Positions 22,033 to 31,319 of a DNA stretch of 64,000 bases are shown piece by piece. Both the position numbers and the translations under genes were made by a program. Source of the stretch: Escherichia phage vB_EcoM_SA20RB; the sequence record OL960581; one strand, given 5' to 3'. A model generated the notes under the pieces. It saw only the letters and a program-made list of their open reading frames with translations, was not told where the DNA came from and ran no database searches. The first letter of the stretch is position 1, and every line of letters begins with the position of its first letter.

Positions 22033-22062
22033 ACTATAACACAACATGAGGGACTTGTAAAC
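22033..22062 (-). promoter_or_regulatory. T4 early-type promoter (GTTTAC -35, TATAGT -10)
   Basis: Minus strand reads GTTTACaagtccctcatgttgtgtTATAGT; near-identical element recurs at 37812-37841. Confidence 0.45.
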
Positions 22063-24119
22063 TACATCTTGAACTTTTTAGACATTCCGTTGATGTTAAC
22101 CAAAGAAGCTAAGATTTGAGAAACTTCGTTTTCCTCTTCTTTTGATTCTTCTACAAGGAATTGGTTAAATCCAGTCATTGGACGAACTTCACCAGTTTCC
22201 ATCAGATGATCGCCATCATATACCGATTCTTCTAATTGTTCAGAAGGAGGAACGATTGTGCCTTCGATTAGATACTTGTTATAAGCAGTTTCTTTCATCA
22301 TGTACGTGCTTACTTTATTAATCTTCAACAAAATTCCACGCGGTAAAATAACTTCAGCTTCTGATGGAAATCCTGATAAATGACCTGGAACGATAACTTT
22401 AATTCGCTCAGCTCCTTTTATTACCATACCTACGCTAGTTTCAGCATCTTCATTAGCATATGCAGAATGACTACCCATATGCATTAAATCTTCAGCATCA
22501 ACGGAACCTTCTCCTTCACCAGAAAATACTGCACCGGAATCATCTAGAGCCATATAGTTTTTACCATGCTCACCGAAGATATTTGGTTTAAGCGATGTTG
22601 ATACGAAGTTCTTGAAATAGAACATTTTATTTTCAATATTATGACGTAAAGTTTTAAAGGTAACTTCTTGTCCACGGTAAAGTGTAGTTCCTGGAGGAAG
22701 AACTGATCCTTTGGCAAAGGCAGAATCCATTGTCTCGATGTGTTTAATAGCTCGTTCCATGTATTCTTCACGGGTAGAATCTGGTTTACCCAAGAGGAAC
22801 GAGTTCATTTCAACATATGAATCTGCACAATAATCTTCAATTACATCAGACTCAGCCTGAGTCAGTCCTTTTGGAGTTACTTCGGTGCTTGCGTATTCAT
22901 ATGCCTGAGCAGCAGATTCATTAATCAATTTATAAATGCTATTCATGACAAATTGAATAATAGCTACTTTTTCGTCTGGCGTGGCTTTAGAACCTTTAAC
23001 TAAATCATTGATAATTTTCTTAATAACATCAAAGCTATTAGAAATATTAATGTCAGCGAGATCGCTTAAAATTTTATCAGTTTTATAATCAAAAAATTCT
23101 TTATTCTTTAAATATTCTTTAGAACCTTGATATGTTATATCGCTCTGCAGCTTGATAGATGGATCACGTAAACGTGCATGGGCCAATGCAATATGATTTC
23201 GGAAGCTTTCTAGTTCATAATCGTTAGATTTAAAACGAGAAGCACTTCTCATACCACCGATAGCTCCTTTGCCGAAGTTTGAACCAATCTGAATAACACC
23301 AGAGTTCATTGGTCCTTCTGCTTTATATACCGGAACTTTAGATTCAAACTCTTGATATTTCTTGGCAGCGAAGCTATCACCCTGAAGTGAAGCATCGACA
23401 GTAGAATATTGAGCTTGTGCTGCTAATCGACGACTAATTTTAGTTTTCTGAATAACAGCTTGATCCGTGCGCTTATCATTTTCTAAAGCAATAGAAGCAG
23501 CAACAGCAACAGCTTTAGGAACAGCATTACCTGTTTTAACATCTACATAAACATCACCAACCTTTGATTCAACTTTTGTGAATAACTCAGTTGAAATAGG
23601 AGGTACACCTGGAATGTCTTCTAAATTGGCATTTTTACGGTAAACCATAATATATGCATACTTTTTATCATAATCCCAAATTTCCTTTAAAAGAACATAT
23701 CGACCTGCTCCTTTAGTACGTACTAAACGGTCAGCAATAACTTGCATTTGACGAGCAGCGCCATTTGTTTTACTTTTTAGTACGCGGAATAGGCATGCGT
23801 CAATTTTATACTGTTTCATTGTTTGAAGAGCAGTATCAAAAACCGCATTAATGACACCAATTGGATTTCCACCCAAGTTTTTAAGTTTAACGAGCGATAG
23901 TTTCTCATTGACACCTATCATTACGATATGCATCATTTTATCGCCTGGCTTAACGTTTTTATTTGTATCACCGCCAGAGGTGTATGTACAAAATCTAAAT
24001 CCAGGAAGCACACTTTCTTCGCCGGCTTGAATAGCAAAAATTTGAGGTATTTTATGCTTAGGATTTAAGTTAACAACCGGCGCCGAAGCGCCGTCAAATA
24101 ATTCTGTAATAAGTTCCAT
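22062..24119 (-). CDS. Alt-family ADP-ribosyltransferase paralogue (second copy)
   Basis: 685-aa ORF; N-terminal ~230 aa near-identical to adjacent Alt; C-terminal R-S-E triad (LYRGQ, FVSTSL, SEAEVILPRG). Confidence 0.85.
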   Translation of the reverse strand: MELITELFDGASAPVVNLNPKHKIPQIFAIQAGEESVLPGFRFCTYTSGGDTNKNVKPGDKMMHIVMIGVNEKLSLVKLKNLGGNPIGVINAVFDTALQTMKQYKIDACLFRVLKSKTNGAARQMQVIADRLVRTKGAGRYVLLKEIWDYDKKYAYIMVYRKNANLEDIPGVPPISTELFTKVESKVGDVYVDVKTGNAVPKAVAVAASIALENDKRTDQAVIQKTKISRRLAAQAQYSTVDASLQGDSFAAKKYQEFESKVPVYKAEGPMNSGVIQIGSNFGKGAIGGMRSASRFKSNDYELESFRNHIALAHARLRDPSIKLQSDITYQGSKEYLKNKEFFDYKTDKILSDLADINISNSFDVIKKIINDLVKGSKATPDEKVAIIQFVMNSIYKLINESAAQAYEYASTEVTPKGLTQAESDVIEDYCADSYVEMNSFLLGKPDSTREEYMERAIKHIETMDSAFAKGSVLPPGTTLYRGQEVTFKTLRHNIENKMFYFKNFVSTSLKPNIFGEHGKNYMALDDSGAVFSGEGEGSVDAEDLMHMGSHSAYANEDAETSVGMVIKGAERIKVIVPGHLSGFPSEAEVILPRGILLKINKVSTYMMKETAYNKYLIEGTIVPPSEQLEESVYDGDHLMETGEVRPMTGFNQFLVEESKEEENEVSQILASLVNINGMSKKFKM

Positions 24120-24122
24120 GAT

Positions 24123-26219
24123 TTATCCTTGAACGAACTTGTAAGGCATGTTTGCAATATCTATGCAAGATGCAATAATTCCAAGAGATGATTCTACTTT
24201 TTGTTTAACATTTGATGAAACAAATGATGCAAAGTCAACTCTGTCTTCTATTTCAATATCACCTGTCATTGCAACTACTTCACCAGTTTCCATTAGACGG
24301 TCACCGTCATAAATTACTGATTCGGTGAGTTCTTCCGTAGTCATAACTTCAGCTTGAATGAGTTTTGTATTATTAGATGTTGTTCCGTCATTATTAGAAG
24401 CATCAGTTATTTTATTAACTTTGACCATCAATCCGCGTGGTAGAATTACTTCAGCTTCTGTTGCTATTCCTAGACTTCCTGGATATACAACATTAACTTT
24501 ATGAGCTCCATCAATTGCCCATCCTATTTGAACTTTAACGTATTCAGGATTTTCTTTATACGCTCTTATTTCGTTTGGATTAATAGTTATTCCTTCTTCA
24601 TTTTTATCAACTGTCAATTCATTACGAGCTTCTGGTTCTAAAAGACCAATACCAGCATGTGTAATTCCAAAACGTCCAAAAATGATAGGAGTTAAAGAAG
24701 TAGATACAAAATTTCTGAAATAGAACACTTTATTTTTAACTAGTGCTTCGTATATAGGAGCAGTCATGCTTTGAGCACGATAAACTGTAATGCCTTCTGG
24801 TATACGATCACCATTTTCAAAAGCTGAATCTAAGTTATTTATAGCAGATTCAATTTCTTTTTCACTCATTACATCATATCGTTCTGGATTGTAACGACCC
24901 AAAAGAAGATTATTGATGTCAGTATATCCTGAACCACAATACTCTCTAATGCCGCGCTTTTGTGATGGAGTATATTTAGAACCATCACGGGCAATAGTAA
25001 TATCAATCATTGGACCTGCACCAATTCCAGAAAAGCTATAAATCATTCTTTTAAGGAATTTAGTTTTTGCTGCGTTCCAGGAATTTTTAGTTATTTCTTC
25101 CCAGACTTCATCTGGCTGCCCTTTACGAGTTTTATTATGTTTATCAAGCCAATTATCTTTATATTCTTCAAAGAATTGATTAACAGCTGCTGCGTATTTC
25201 TCTAAACATTTTATTGAAGTAGTTGGTTCATTTTTAATCGCATTAAGAATTACATCTTTAATTTTTTCAGAAACTTCATTAACCTCACTTTTTGAAAAGA
25301 ATTTATAATCATAGTGAAGTTCATTTGCAGTTCCTTCAGCAATAATTTTTGCTGTCTTTGTTTTAGAAGCTAATGAATTAATTCCAAGCTTCATTTCTTC
25401 TGCTTCGGGAATTAAAGGAGCGGTAGCAGGTTTATTGAAATTAGCTGCGGTAGATTCATACTTCTGGAATAATTCACTTTCAAATCTAGAAGATTCTAAT
25501 GATTGACTTTGCGCAATTGCTCTACGGGAAATTTTAACTTTAACGATTACAGCTTGGTCAGAACGTTTATCATTTTCTTGCGCAATAGATGCAGCAATTG
25601 CCTCATTTTTAGTTACTTGAGCTCCAGTATCTTTATTGATATAAACATCACCAACCTTCGATTCAACTTTAGTAAAGAGCTCGGTACTAATTTCCGGAAC
25701 TCCTGGAATGTCTTCTAGTGATACATTTTTGCGATGTATAAGAATATATGCATACTTTTTATCGTAATCCCAAAGTTCCTTAAGAAGGACGTATCTGCCG
25801 CCTGAGCGACTACGGATAAGTCTATCAGCAATAAGTTGAATTTGACGAGCTTGACCAGCAGTTTTAGACTTAAGAATACGGAGCATGCAGGCATCAATTT
25901 TATACTGACGCATCGTCTGCATCGCAACAGTAAAAACTGAATTGATGTAATTAATTGGGCTTGGACCGAGACCTTTTAATTTAGCAATTGAACCTTTAGC
26001 AGTTAATGTAAAAGGAACAATATGCATCATTTTATCGCCCATTTTTAAATCGCGATTAGTATCACCTCCAGATGTATAGGTACATAAACGAAAGCCTGGT
26101 TGTTCAATTGCGTCATCAACATGAACTGAAAAAATTTGCGGTATTTTCTTCTTTGGATTTAAGTTTGTAATCGGAAGAGTAGTATCTTCGTCAAATAATT
26201 CTGTAATGAGTTCCATCAT
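24123..26219 (-). CDS. alt: Alt ADP-ribosyltransferase
   Basis: 698-aa ORF starting ATGATG; R-S-E triad (VYRAQ, FVSTSL, TEAEVILPRG); late promoter upstream. Confidence 0.88.
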   Translation of the reverse strand: MMELITELFDEDTTLPITNLNPKKKIPQIFSVHVDDAIEQPGFRLCTYTSGGDTNRDLKMGDKMMHIVPFTLTAKGSIAKLKGLGPSPINYINSVFTVAMQTMRQYKIDACMLRILKSKTAGQARQIQLIADRLIRSRSGGRYVLLKELWDYDKKYAYILIHRKNVSLEDIPGVPEISTELFTKVESKVGDVYINKDTGAQVTKNEAIAASIAQENDKRSDQAVIVKVKISRRAIAQSQSLESSRFESELFQKYESTAANFNKPATAPLIPEAEEMKLGINSLASKTKTAKIIAEGTANELHYDYKFFSKSEVNEVSEKIKDVILNAIKNEPTTSIKCLEKYAAAVNQFFEEYKDNWLDKHNKTRKGQPDEVWEEITKNSWNAAKTKFLKRMIYSFSGIGAGPMIDITIARDGSKYTPSQKRGIREYCGSGYTDINNLLLGRYNPERYDVMSEKEIESAINNLDSAFENGDRIPEGITVYRAQSMTAPIYEALVKNKVFYFRNFVSTSLTPIIFGRFGITHAGIGLLEPEARNELTVDKNEEGITINPNEIRAYKENPEYVKVQIGWAIDGAHKVNVVYPGSLGIATEAEVILPRGLMVKVNKITDASNNDGTTSNNTKLIQAEVMTTEELTESVIYDGDRLMETGEVVAMTGDIEIEDRVDFASFVSSNVKQKVESSLGIIASCIDIANMPYKFVQG

Positions 26220-26239
26220 ATCCTCTCTAGTGTTTATTC

Positions 26240-26247
26240 TATTTATA
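26240..26247 (-). promoter_or_regulatory. T4-type late promoter TATAAATA before alt
   Basis: Exact reverse-complement box about 20 nt upstream of alt start. Confidence 0.55.
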
Positions 26248-26252
26248 AAATT

Positions 26253-26270
26253 AAAGGCCCGAAGGCCTTT
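26253..26270 (-). terminator. Hairpin AAAGGCC-CGAA-GGCCTTT
   Basis: 7-bp stem at 3' end of the small ORF upstream of alt. Confidence 0.45.
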
Positions 26271-26457
26271 AATAATCTATTGGTAAGAGAGTACGATATA
26301 TTTCAAACTTTGGACCTTTTTCGTAGGCATCAAATGTTTCTGTAAATTTATTATAAGCATATGCATCTATAAATTCAATCATAATTTGTGATACAGAAGT
26401 AGAAACATCTCCACCTTCTTTTTGAGCAACGACAATTGTTTCTAAGTAAGCTTTCAT
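26269..26457 (-). CDS. Hypothetical small protein between gene 30 and alt
   Basis: 62-aa ORF with ATG start, overlaps ligase stop. Confidence 0.5.
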   Translation of the reverse strand: MKAYLETIVVAQKEGGDVSTSVSQIMIEFIDAYAYNKFTETFDAYEKGPKFEIYRTLLPIDY

Positions 26458-27917
26458 AGACCAGTTACCTCATGAAAATCACCAAATACATCCTCGAATG
26501 TATTAGCTTTAGTTTTATCTTCACGTAAACGAATCGCAATCGGAAGAAATAATTTAACGTAATCAGTGCGGCCATCAGATTTTAGCCAACCGTTGCATTC
26601 GCACTCTAGAATTTTTCCAATATAATAATTTTGGTTTTCCATAATGCGAGTACGGTCAAGTTCATGTGATTTTACACCGGCTTTATCTTTTAAGCCTGAA
26701 CCAGCATTTACTTTAATTTTTCCACACTCTGATTCAAGAATAAATCCACCTGCTTTAGTAGGGTCTTTACGGTGAGGATAAATTCCTACAATTTTTAAAT
26801 CAACATCAATTACTTCTTTAAATTTATAGAGATTTTTTGAACGAGCATTTTCCCACAATCCATCGGTATTTTTGAGAATAATACCTTCAAGACCTTGGTC
26901 AATATATTTTTTATAAATTACCTTAGCTTCATCTAGGTTATTTACTACCTGGTTTTCAATTAAAATTACTTTATCATATCCTGATGTCATTTGTTCTAGT
27001 TTAGAAAAACGTACATCATATTTTAAACGAAACGCCGGAAGACCGTATATTTCTACCAACGGGACATAATCCCAGACCTGAAACTTCATGCATTTGGCTT
27101 CTTTTTCGGAAATGGTTCCTTTTAAGGATTTATTGGCGATTCCATTAGAAGTAGTACGAGATTCCGCTACTTCGGCGAATTCTTTAGCTTTACTAATTTC
27201 AGGATAAGCATCAAAAAGAAAATCTAGGCCTTCTGGTTCCTTTTTAACTTGCTCATGGTATACCAATTCGCCATCAATTAACACACCTTCTGGATGAATC
27301 TGGCGGGCTTCAGCAGTCATTTTGATTAACTCTTCCTTAAGAAGATCTAATCCTAGATATTCATTACCAGCTCGTGATAAAAGACGAACATCATCTAATT
27401 CATCACCTCGAACTTCAGCAAAACACCGAGCTCCATCTGCTTTTAGCTGTGCAAAAGCTGGAAACTTGATATTCTTACTAATGCCTTTTTCATCATAAGA
27501 ACTTGCCAGCATTTGAGGTTGTTCAGGAATTAAACCTGGCCAAACTTTGTTTGCAATAGATACTGAAGCACCGCATTCAAGGTCTCGCATCATAACTCGA
27601 CGCAAAACTTCAACATCATCCTTTTTACCATCAGTGATATATCCAGTTAATTCCTCAATTGCAGCATTTCCAGTCAATTTCCGAGTAGCTAACGTGAATT
27701 CAATGAAGTCAAGCATATCGGTAATAGTCAGCATTCCAAAACTCTGGGTAGCAATACCAGGTTTAGGCCATTTCTTTATATAATACTGTAACCCACGAGA
27801 ATAAGTCAGACGATATACCCGTTTAAGCAATTCATTATCTTTATTCTTTTCAAGAATTGCTTGCTTCTGCTTAGTTGATCCAATAGATGCTATTTCATTC
27901 AGAATTTTAAGAATCAT
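26454..27917 (-). CDS. 30: ATP-dependent DNA ligase gp30
   Basis: 487-aa ORF; adenylation motif KADG (FAQLKADGARCF). Confidence 0.95.
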   Translation of the reverse strand: MILKILNEIASIGSTKQKQAILEKNKDNELLKRVYRLTYSRGLQYYIKKWPKPGIATQSFGMLTITDMLDFIEFTLATRKLTGNAAIEELTGYITDGKKDDVEVLRRVMMRDLECGASVSIANKVWPGLIPEQPQMLASSYDEKGISKNIKFPAFAQLKADGARCFAEVRGDELDDVRLLSRAGNEYLGLDLLKEELIKMTAEARQIHPEGVLIDGELVYHEQVKKEPEGLDFLFDAYPEISKAKEFAEVAESRTTSNGIANKSLKGTISEKEAKCMKFQVWDYVPLVEIYGLPAFRLKYDVRFSKLEQMTSGYDKVILIENQVVNNLDEAKVIYKKYIDQGLEGIILKNTDGLWENARSKNLYKFKEVIDVDLKIVGIYPHRKDPTKAGGFILESECGKIKVNAGSGLKDKAGVKSHELDRTRIMENQNYYIGKILECECNGWLKSDGRTDYVKLFLPIAIRLREDKTKANTFEDVFGDFHEVTGL

Positions 27918-28183
27918 TGTTCATCCTTCAGAGTTTGATTTACAGCTCTATTATAAATCAATTCATCATTAAGCTCAGGCAAAGACTTATGATATGTAGT
28001 TCTAACTTTATTTCCTTGCATCCAGTGCTTGACATAAATGAAACCTTGCTCTACACATTTTTTAAAAATTCGTTCGTCTTTTTGAGCTCGGAATTCTGGA
28101 TTGCATCTAAAAAATTGATTTACGTGACCGTAATCACGTGTAGTATTACCTTCATTTTCATAAATAGTGTGAACGACAAACAT
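27914..28183 (-). CDS. Hypothetical protein (T4 30.1 position)
   Basis: 89-aa ORF, start/stop overlaps with neighbours. Confidence 0.6.
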   Translation of the reverse strand: MFVVHTIYENEGNTTRDYGHVNQFFRCNPEFRAQKDERIFKKCVEQGFIYVKHWMQGNKVRTTYHKSLPELNDELIYNRAVNQTLKDEQ

Positions 28184-29046
28184 TAGAATGCTCCTTGGAA
28201 AATATTATCACCACTAGTAAATCTATTAAAATACCCTGCATCGCCAGGCTTGGTATAACTCCACGTATGGAATGGATTCATATGATATGGGTGTGTATAA
28301 TATGGATTATATGGATGTGTATAATATGGATTATACGGATTAAATCCAGGAGTTCTCCAGGTAGTGTTCCAACGAAAAGAATCGTTTTTAACCATCTTCT
28401 CAATTACATCTTTTATAGCTTTTTCACTATCAAAACTTTCTTTATTTTCCTTTGGTGAAAAAAGCTTATTTTCTATATCATTCCATGTATAAACTCGCTG
28501 TGCAGTTTTTGGAATTTTATCACGCTCTCCTCGAGCCATCCAATAAACCGGAACATTTAATATTTCACTCGCATGGTCGCAGTGGTGAGCGAGATCGTCA
28601 ATATAACAAATTACGTTATATTTCTCTTTTGCCTTTTTGAATAACTCTTCTTTTGAAGAATCATGACCACACATCATTACTTCTGAGAAGGCACCAGGAA
28701 AAAGAGCATTCAAATTAAATTGACGATTCAACAGAGCGTCAATAGAATCACCCAATGCTGTAACAGCTACAAAATTATAATCTTCTTTTAATTTGTTAAT
28801 TACACACAGGGCATCTTTATACGGAGACAAATAACGAATAAAATCTGAACGATTGTATTTTTCAATTAACTTGACACCAAGTTCTTCATCACAATTAAAG
28901 AGTTTACCTGGAGAAATAAATTTCTCATCTTGGATCATTTTTAAAATATGTTCTAACGGAAGATTATATTTCTGAGCAAAATAAGGAAGGCCTGATTGCC
29001 AGCTTAAACATACTCCATCAATATCAGTCAAAATAGTTGGCTTCAT
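28183..29046 (-). CDS. HAD-like phosphatase-fold protein with C-terminal YNPYYTHP tandem repeat (T4 30.2 position)
   Basis: 287-aa ORF; N-terminal DxDG motif (ILTDIDGV) and later YIDD; perfect tandem repeat near C-terminus. Confidence 0.6.
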   Translation of the reverse strand: MKPTILTDIDGVCLSWQSGLPYFAQKYNLPLEHILKMIQDEKFISPGKLFNCDEELGVKLIEKYNRSDFIRYLSPYKDALCVINKLKEDYNFVAVTALGDSIDALLNRQFNLNALFPGAFSEVMMCGHDSSKEELFKKAKEKYNVICYIDDLAHHCDHASEILNVPVYWMARGERDKIPKTAQRVYTWNDIENKLFSPKENKESFDSEKAIKDVIEKMVKNDSFRWNTTWRTPGFNPYNPYYTHPYNPYYTHPYHMNPFHTWSYTKPGDAGYFNRFTSGDNIFQGAF

Positions 29047-29501
29047 AGAGAGTCTCTTAATAGGTTTAACACATCAATAAATTCAGCTTCGGTTAGTATT
29101 GTATCATCTTTTGTTAGACCACTAGCCATGCTATGCTTCAAAACTTTTCCTTTCGAGGCTTGTAATGCATTGCGAAATCCCTTGTTTTGGATCGCTGCTT
29201 CAAAATATGCATTTGTGTATAATTCTTTCCATGCTTCGGAATATCTTGAAAACGGAGTTCCAAGCCAGAACAACGTGCCACGGTCCTGAGCTCTTGCATA
29301 AGACCTTCCAGCTTGTTGGGCGGCAAGCCCGGATAACCCAAATATACGACGCTGTTGTTCAACATTTTTCACCTTGCACCCTTGGAGGAATCCTTCAAGA
29401 CCTCCAAATTGAATACCATCCATAACGAAAGGCCATTTGGCGAAATTACTTAATGCACATGATGGCCACCTAAAATTGCTTCTAATCTCTAACTCAGACA
29501 T
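29043..29501 (-). CDS. NADAR (YbiA/DUF1768)-family protein (T4 30.3 position)
   Basis: Track ORF starts at TTG 29507; ATG at 29501 gives 152 aa; motif LSNFAKWPF..DG..F...E.F.Q..K resembles the NADAR signature. Confidence 0.7.
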   Translation of the reverse strand: MSELEIRSNFRWPSCALSNFAKWPFVMDGIQFGGLEGFLQGCKVKNVEQQRRIFGLSGLAAQQAGRSYARAQDRGTLFWLGTPFSRYSEAWKELYTNAYFEAAIQNKGFRNALQASKGKVLKHSMASGLTKDDTILTEAEFIDVLNLLRDSL

Positions 29502-29700
29502 TTTCAATGCTTATAATTTCAACATCAGCCCAATGACCATAGCAAGGAAGACGAAATTCAACTGGCCAGTTAGGGTCCTTTTCTAATATAATAGACTTAA
29601 CTTGTGGTTCTTCATGTTCATCTGTATACGGATTTTTATCTGTTACTTTATATGTGACCTTAATGTACTGAATTCCAAAAATCTTATTAATTATATTCAT
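29494..29700 (-). CDS. Hypothetical small protein
   Basis: 68-aa ORF, ATG start, operon packing. Confidence 0.5.
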   Translation of the reverse strand: MNIINKIFGIQYIKVTYKVTDKNPYTDEHEEPQVKSIILEKDPNWPVEFRLPCYGHWADVEIISIENV

Positions 29701-29894
29701 ACTAATTCCTTTAATCCATAGATAGGAGATAATTCATCACCCATACGAAGGTCTTCATTTCCATCTACCCAGGAAACAATATAAGCATCTTTTACTTGAA
29801 CATCTCCCAATTTAAATGCAGGTAAAACCTTAGAAATTAATCCAGGTATACCAATTCCCTTTAATTCAACAGTTTGACCTAAAAAGAATTTCAT
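29697..29894 (-). CDS. Hypothetical small protein
   Basis: 65-aa ORF, ATG start, overlapping stop/start. Confidence 0.5.
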   Translation of the reverse strand: MKFFLGQTVELKGIGIPGLISKVLPAFKLGDVQVKDAYIVSWVDGNEDLRMGDELSPIYGLKELV

Positions 29895-30181
29895 TAGAAC
29901 CTCATCTGAAAACCATGCGATTTAACATTACCACCACCAATATCAGAGATATTAATTTCGCGCGCAATTGAAGGGTCAATGTCAATTTCGCGATTGAGTT
30001 TAGTGATAGCTAAAGTATCACGCCCATTTACAGTACGGAACTCTAAAGGGCAGACTACATTAACGTAGTTTTTAATTGATTCACTGGTAGGTTGCAAATG
30101 AGCAGGAAGGTCTTTAGGTGCCTTAGAGAAAACCACTTCACAGAAATTTTTGCGGGTATCAAAATAAGTAGTCATAAACAT
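29894..30181 (-). CDS. Hypothetical protein
   Basis: 95-aa ORF, ATG start. Confidence 0.55.
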   Translation of the reverse strand: MFMTTYFDTRKNFCEVVFSKAPKDLPAHLQPTSESIKNYVNVVCPLEFRTVNGRDTLAITKLNREIDIDPSIAREINISDIGGGNVKSHGFQMRF

Positions 30182-30223
30182 AGTATTTTCCTCAGTAAGG
30201 GGCCGAAGCCCCTCATTTTTATT

Positions 30224-30589
30224 TTAAATATCAAATTCGTTAAGAACTACATCAAAGATCGCTTCAAGATGCTCAGGTTTAGCTCTGTTACTCAGAATAT
30301 GACGAATCCAAGTTTTAACCAGAAGCTTACGATTGACGCCATTCCAGCAAGGATGAGTACCTAAATCGCGTTGACGGAAATCATCATCTAATGCGATTTT
30401 AAAAGAAGAACCTTCTTTCGTGATTGAAACCGTGATGCCATTTTCAAATCGCATATAAACGTAGTTAGGAGTCATATACTGTTCAATTTCGCATACTGAT
30501 CCATTTTGATGTTTCCAAAGGCAGATAGTATCAATAGAACCTGCAATACCATTAGAAACATATTTACGTTCAAAGTTGATGTAGTTCAT
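30224..30589 (-). CDS. Hypothetical protein (30.6-like position)
   Basis: 121-aa ORF; early-type promoter element upstream at about 30600-30650. Confidence 0.6.
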   Translation of the reverse strand: MNYINFERKYVSNGIAGSIDTICLWKHQNGSVCEIEQYMTPNYVYMRFENGITVSITKEGSSFKIALDDDFRQRDLGTHPCWNGVNRKLLVKTWIRHILSNRAKPEHLEAIFDVVLNEFDI

Positions 30590-30657
30590 TTTTATTCTCC
30601 GAGATGTTTAATTGCGGTACAGGTATATAATATCATATCCTGTACCAAAGTAAACAA

Positions 30658-30990
30658 TTATTTTACTACTTTCCAATGTTGCATGTCAAGTTTACCAACT
30701 TTTTTCATCTTCTCAATTAAGCGTTCGGCACGTTGGCGGGCTGTAACATAATACCATTCACCCAATTCATTTTGTTCAATTTTTCCAACGATTACTGTAT
30801 TCAATTCATAAATCCAACCAGTAAAGAAATTATGAACTTGAATTGTAAAGGTGAAATCTGTTCCCATACCTTCTGTTGTTTCTACTTCAATAATATCACC
30901 TTCAACTGCCATTAAGAACCACATAGTTTCATCATATTTACCATTGAAGCATTTAGTTTTAACTGTAGCGTTCAGATTAATCGTTTTCAT
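30658..30990 (-). CDS. Hypothetical protein (30.7-like position)
   Basis: 110-aa ORF; early-type promoter element upstream at about 31000-31050. Confidence 0.6.
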   Translation of the reverse strand: MKTINLNATVKTKCFNGKYDETMWFLMAVEGDIIEVETTEGMGTDFTFTIQVHNFFTGWIYELNTVIVGKIEQNELGEWYYVTARQRAERLIEKMKKVGKLDMQHWKVVK

Positions 30991-31070
30991 TTTATTCTCC
31001 TTTGTTTGTGTAAGATAATACTATCACAAAGGAACTATACTGTAAACAACTTTATGCAATCTTTGGAAAA

Positions 31071-31096
31071 TAAAAAAGGACTCCCGAAGGAGTCCT
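31071..31096 (-). terminator. Intrinsic terminator hairpin AGGACTCC-CGAA-GGAGTCCT with U-run
   Basis: 8-bp perfect stem; A6 on plus gives U-run on minus transcript. Confidence 0.5.
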
Positions 31097-31100
31097 CAAC

Positions 31101-31319
31101 TTATGCTTTCTGCTTACCAAAACGAGAAGCATCATCTCGAAGAACCGCACGTGCTCGGCGCATGATCTTCTCAACAGTTTGATTGATACGAGAGTTCGAC
31201 CCACGCTTGTAACCAGCGCGTTTAGAATCACCAACTTTCTTTTCAACTGCTTTCTTTGCTTTAGCTTGTTTTGCCATTATAAATTCTCTTTTAAATGAAA
31301 ATGCAGGACTTATTGGCAT
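31101..31319 (-). CDS. Small highly basic protein (start may be internal ATG at 31277, giving 58 aa MAKQAKAKK...)
   Basis: ORF rich in K/R; two candidate ATG starts. Confidence 0.5.
   Translation of the reverse strand: MPISPAFSFKREFIMAKQAKAKKAVEKKVGDSKRAGYKRGSNSRINQTVEKIMRRARAVLRDDASRFGKQKA

Noticed and set aside
28195-28458. 87-aa plus-strand ORF with repeated IIWI/MCIIWI motif
   Set aside because: Reverse-frame reading of the tandem DNA repeat inside the HAD-like gene
31052-31246. 64-aa minus-strand ORF
   Set aside because: Alternative frame overlapping the better-supported small basic-protein ORF and running through the terminator hairpin
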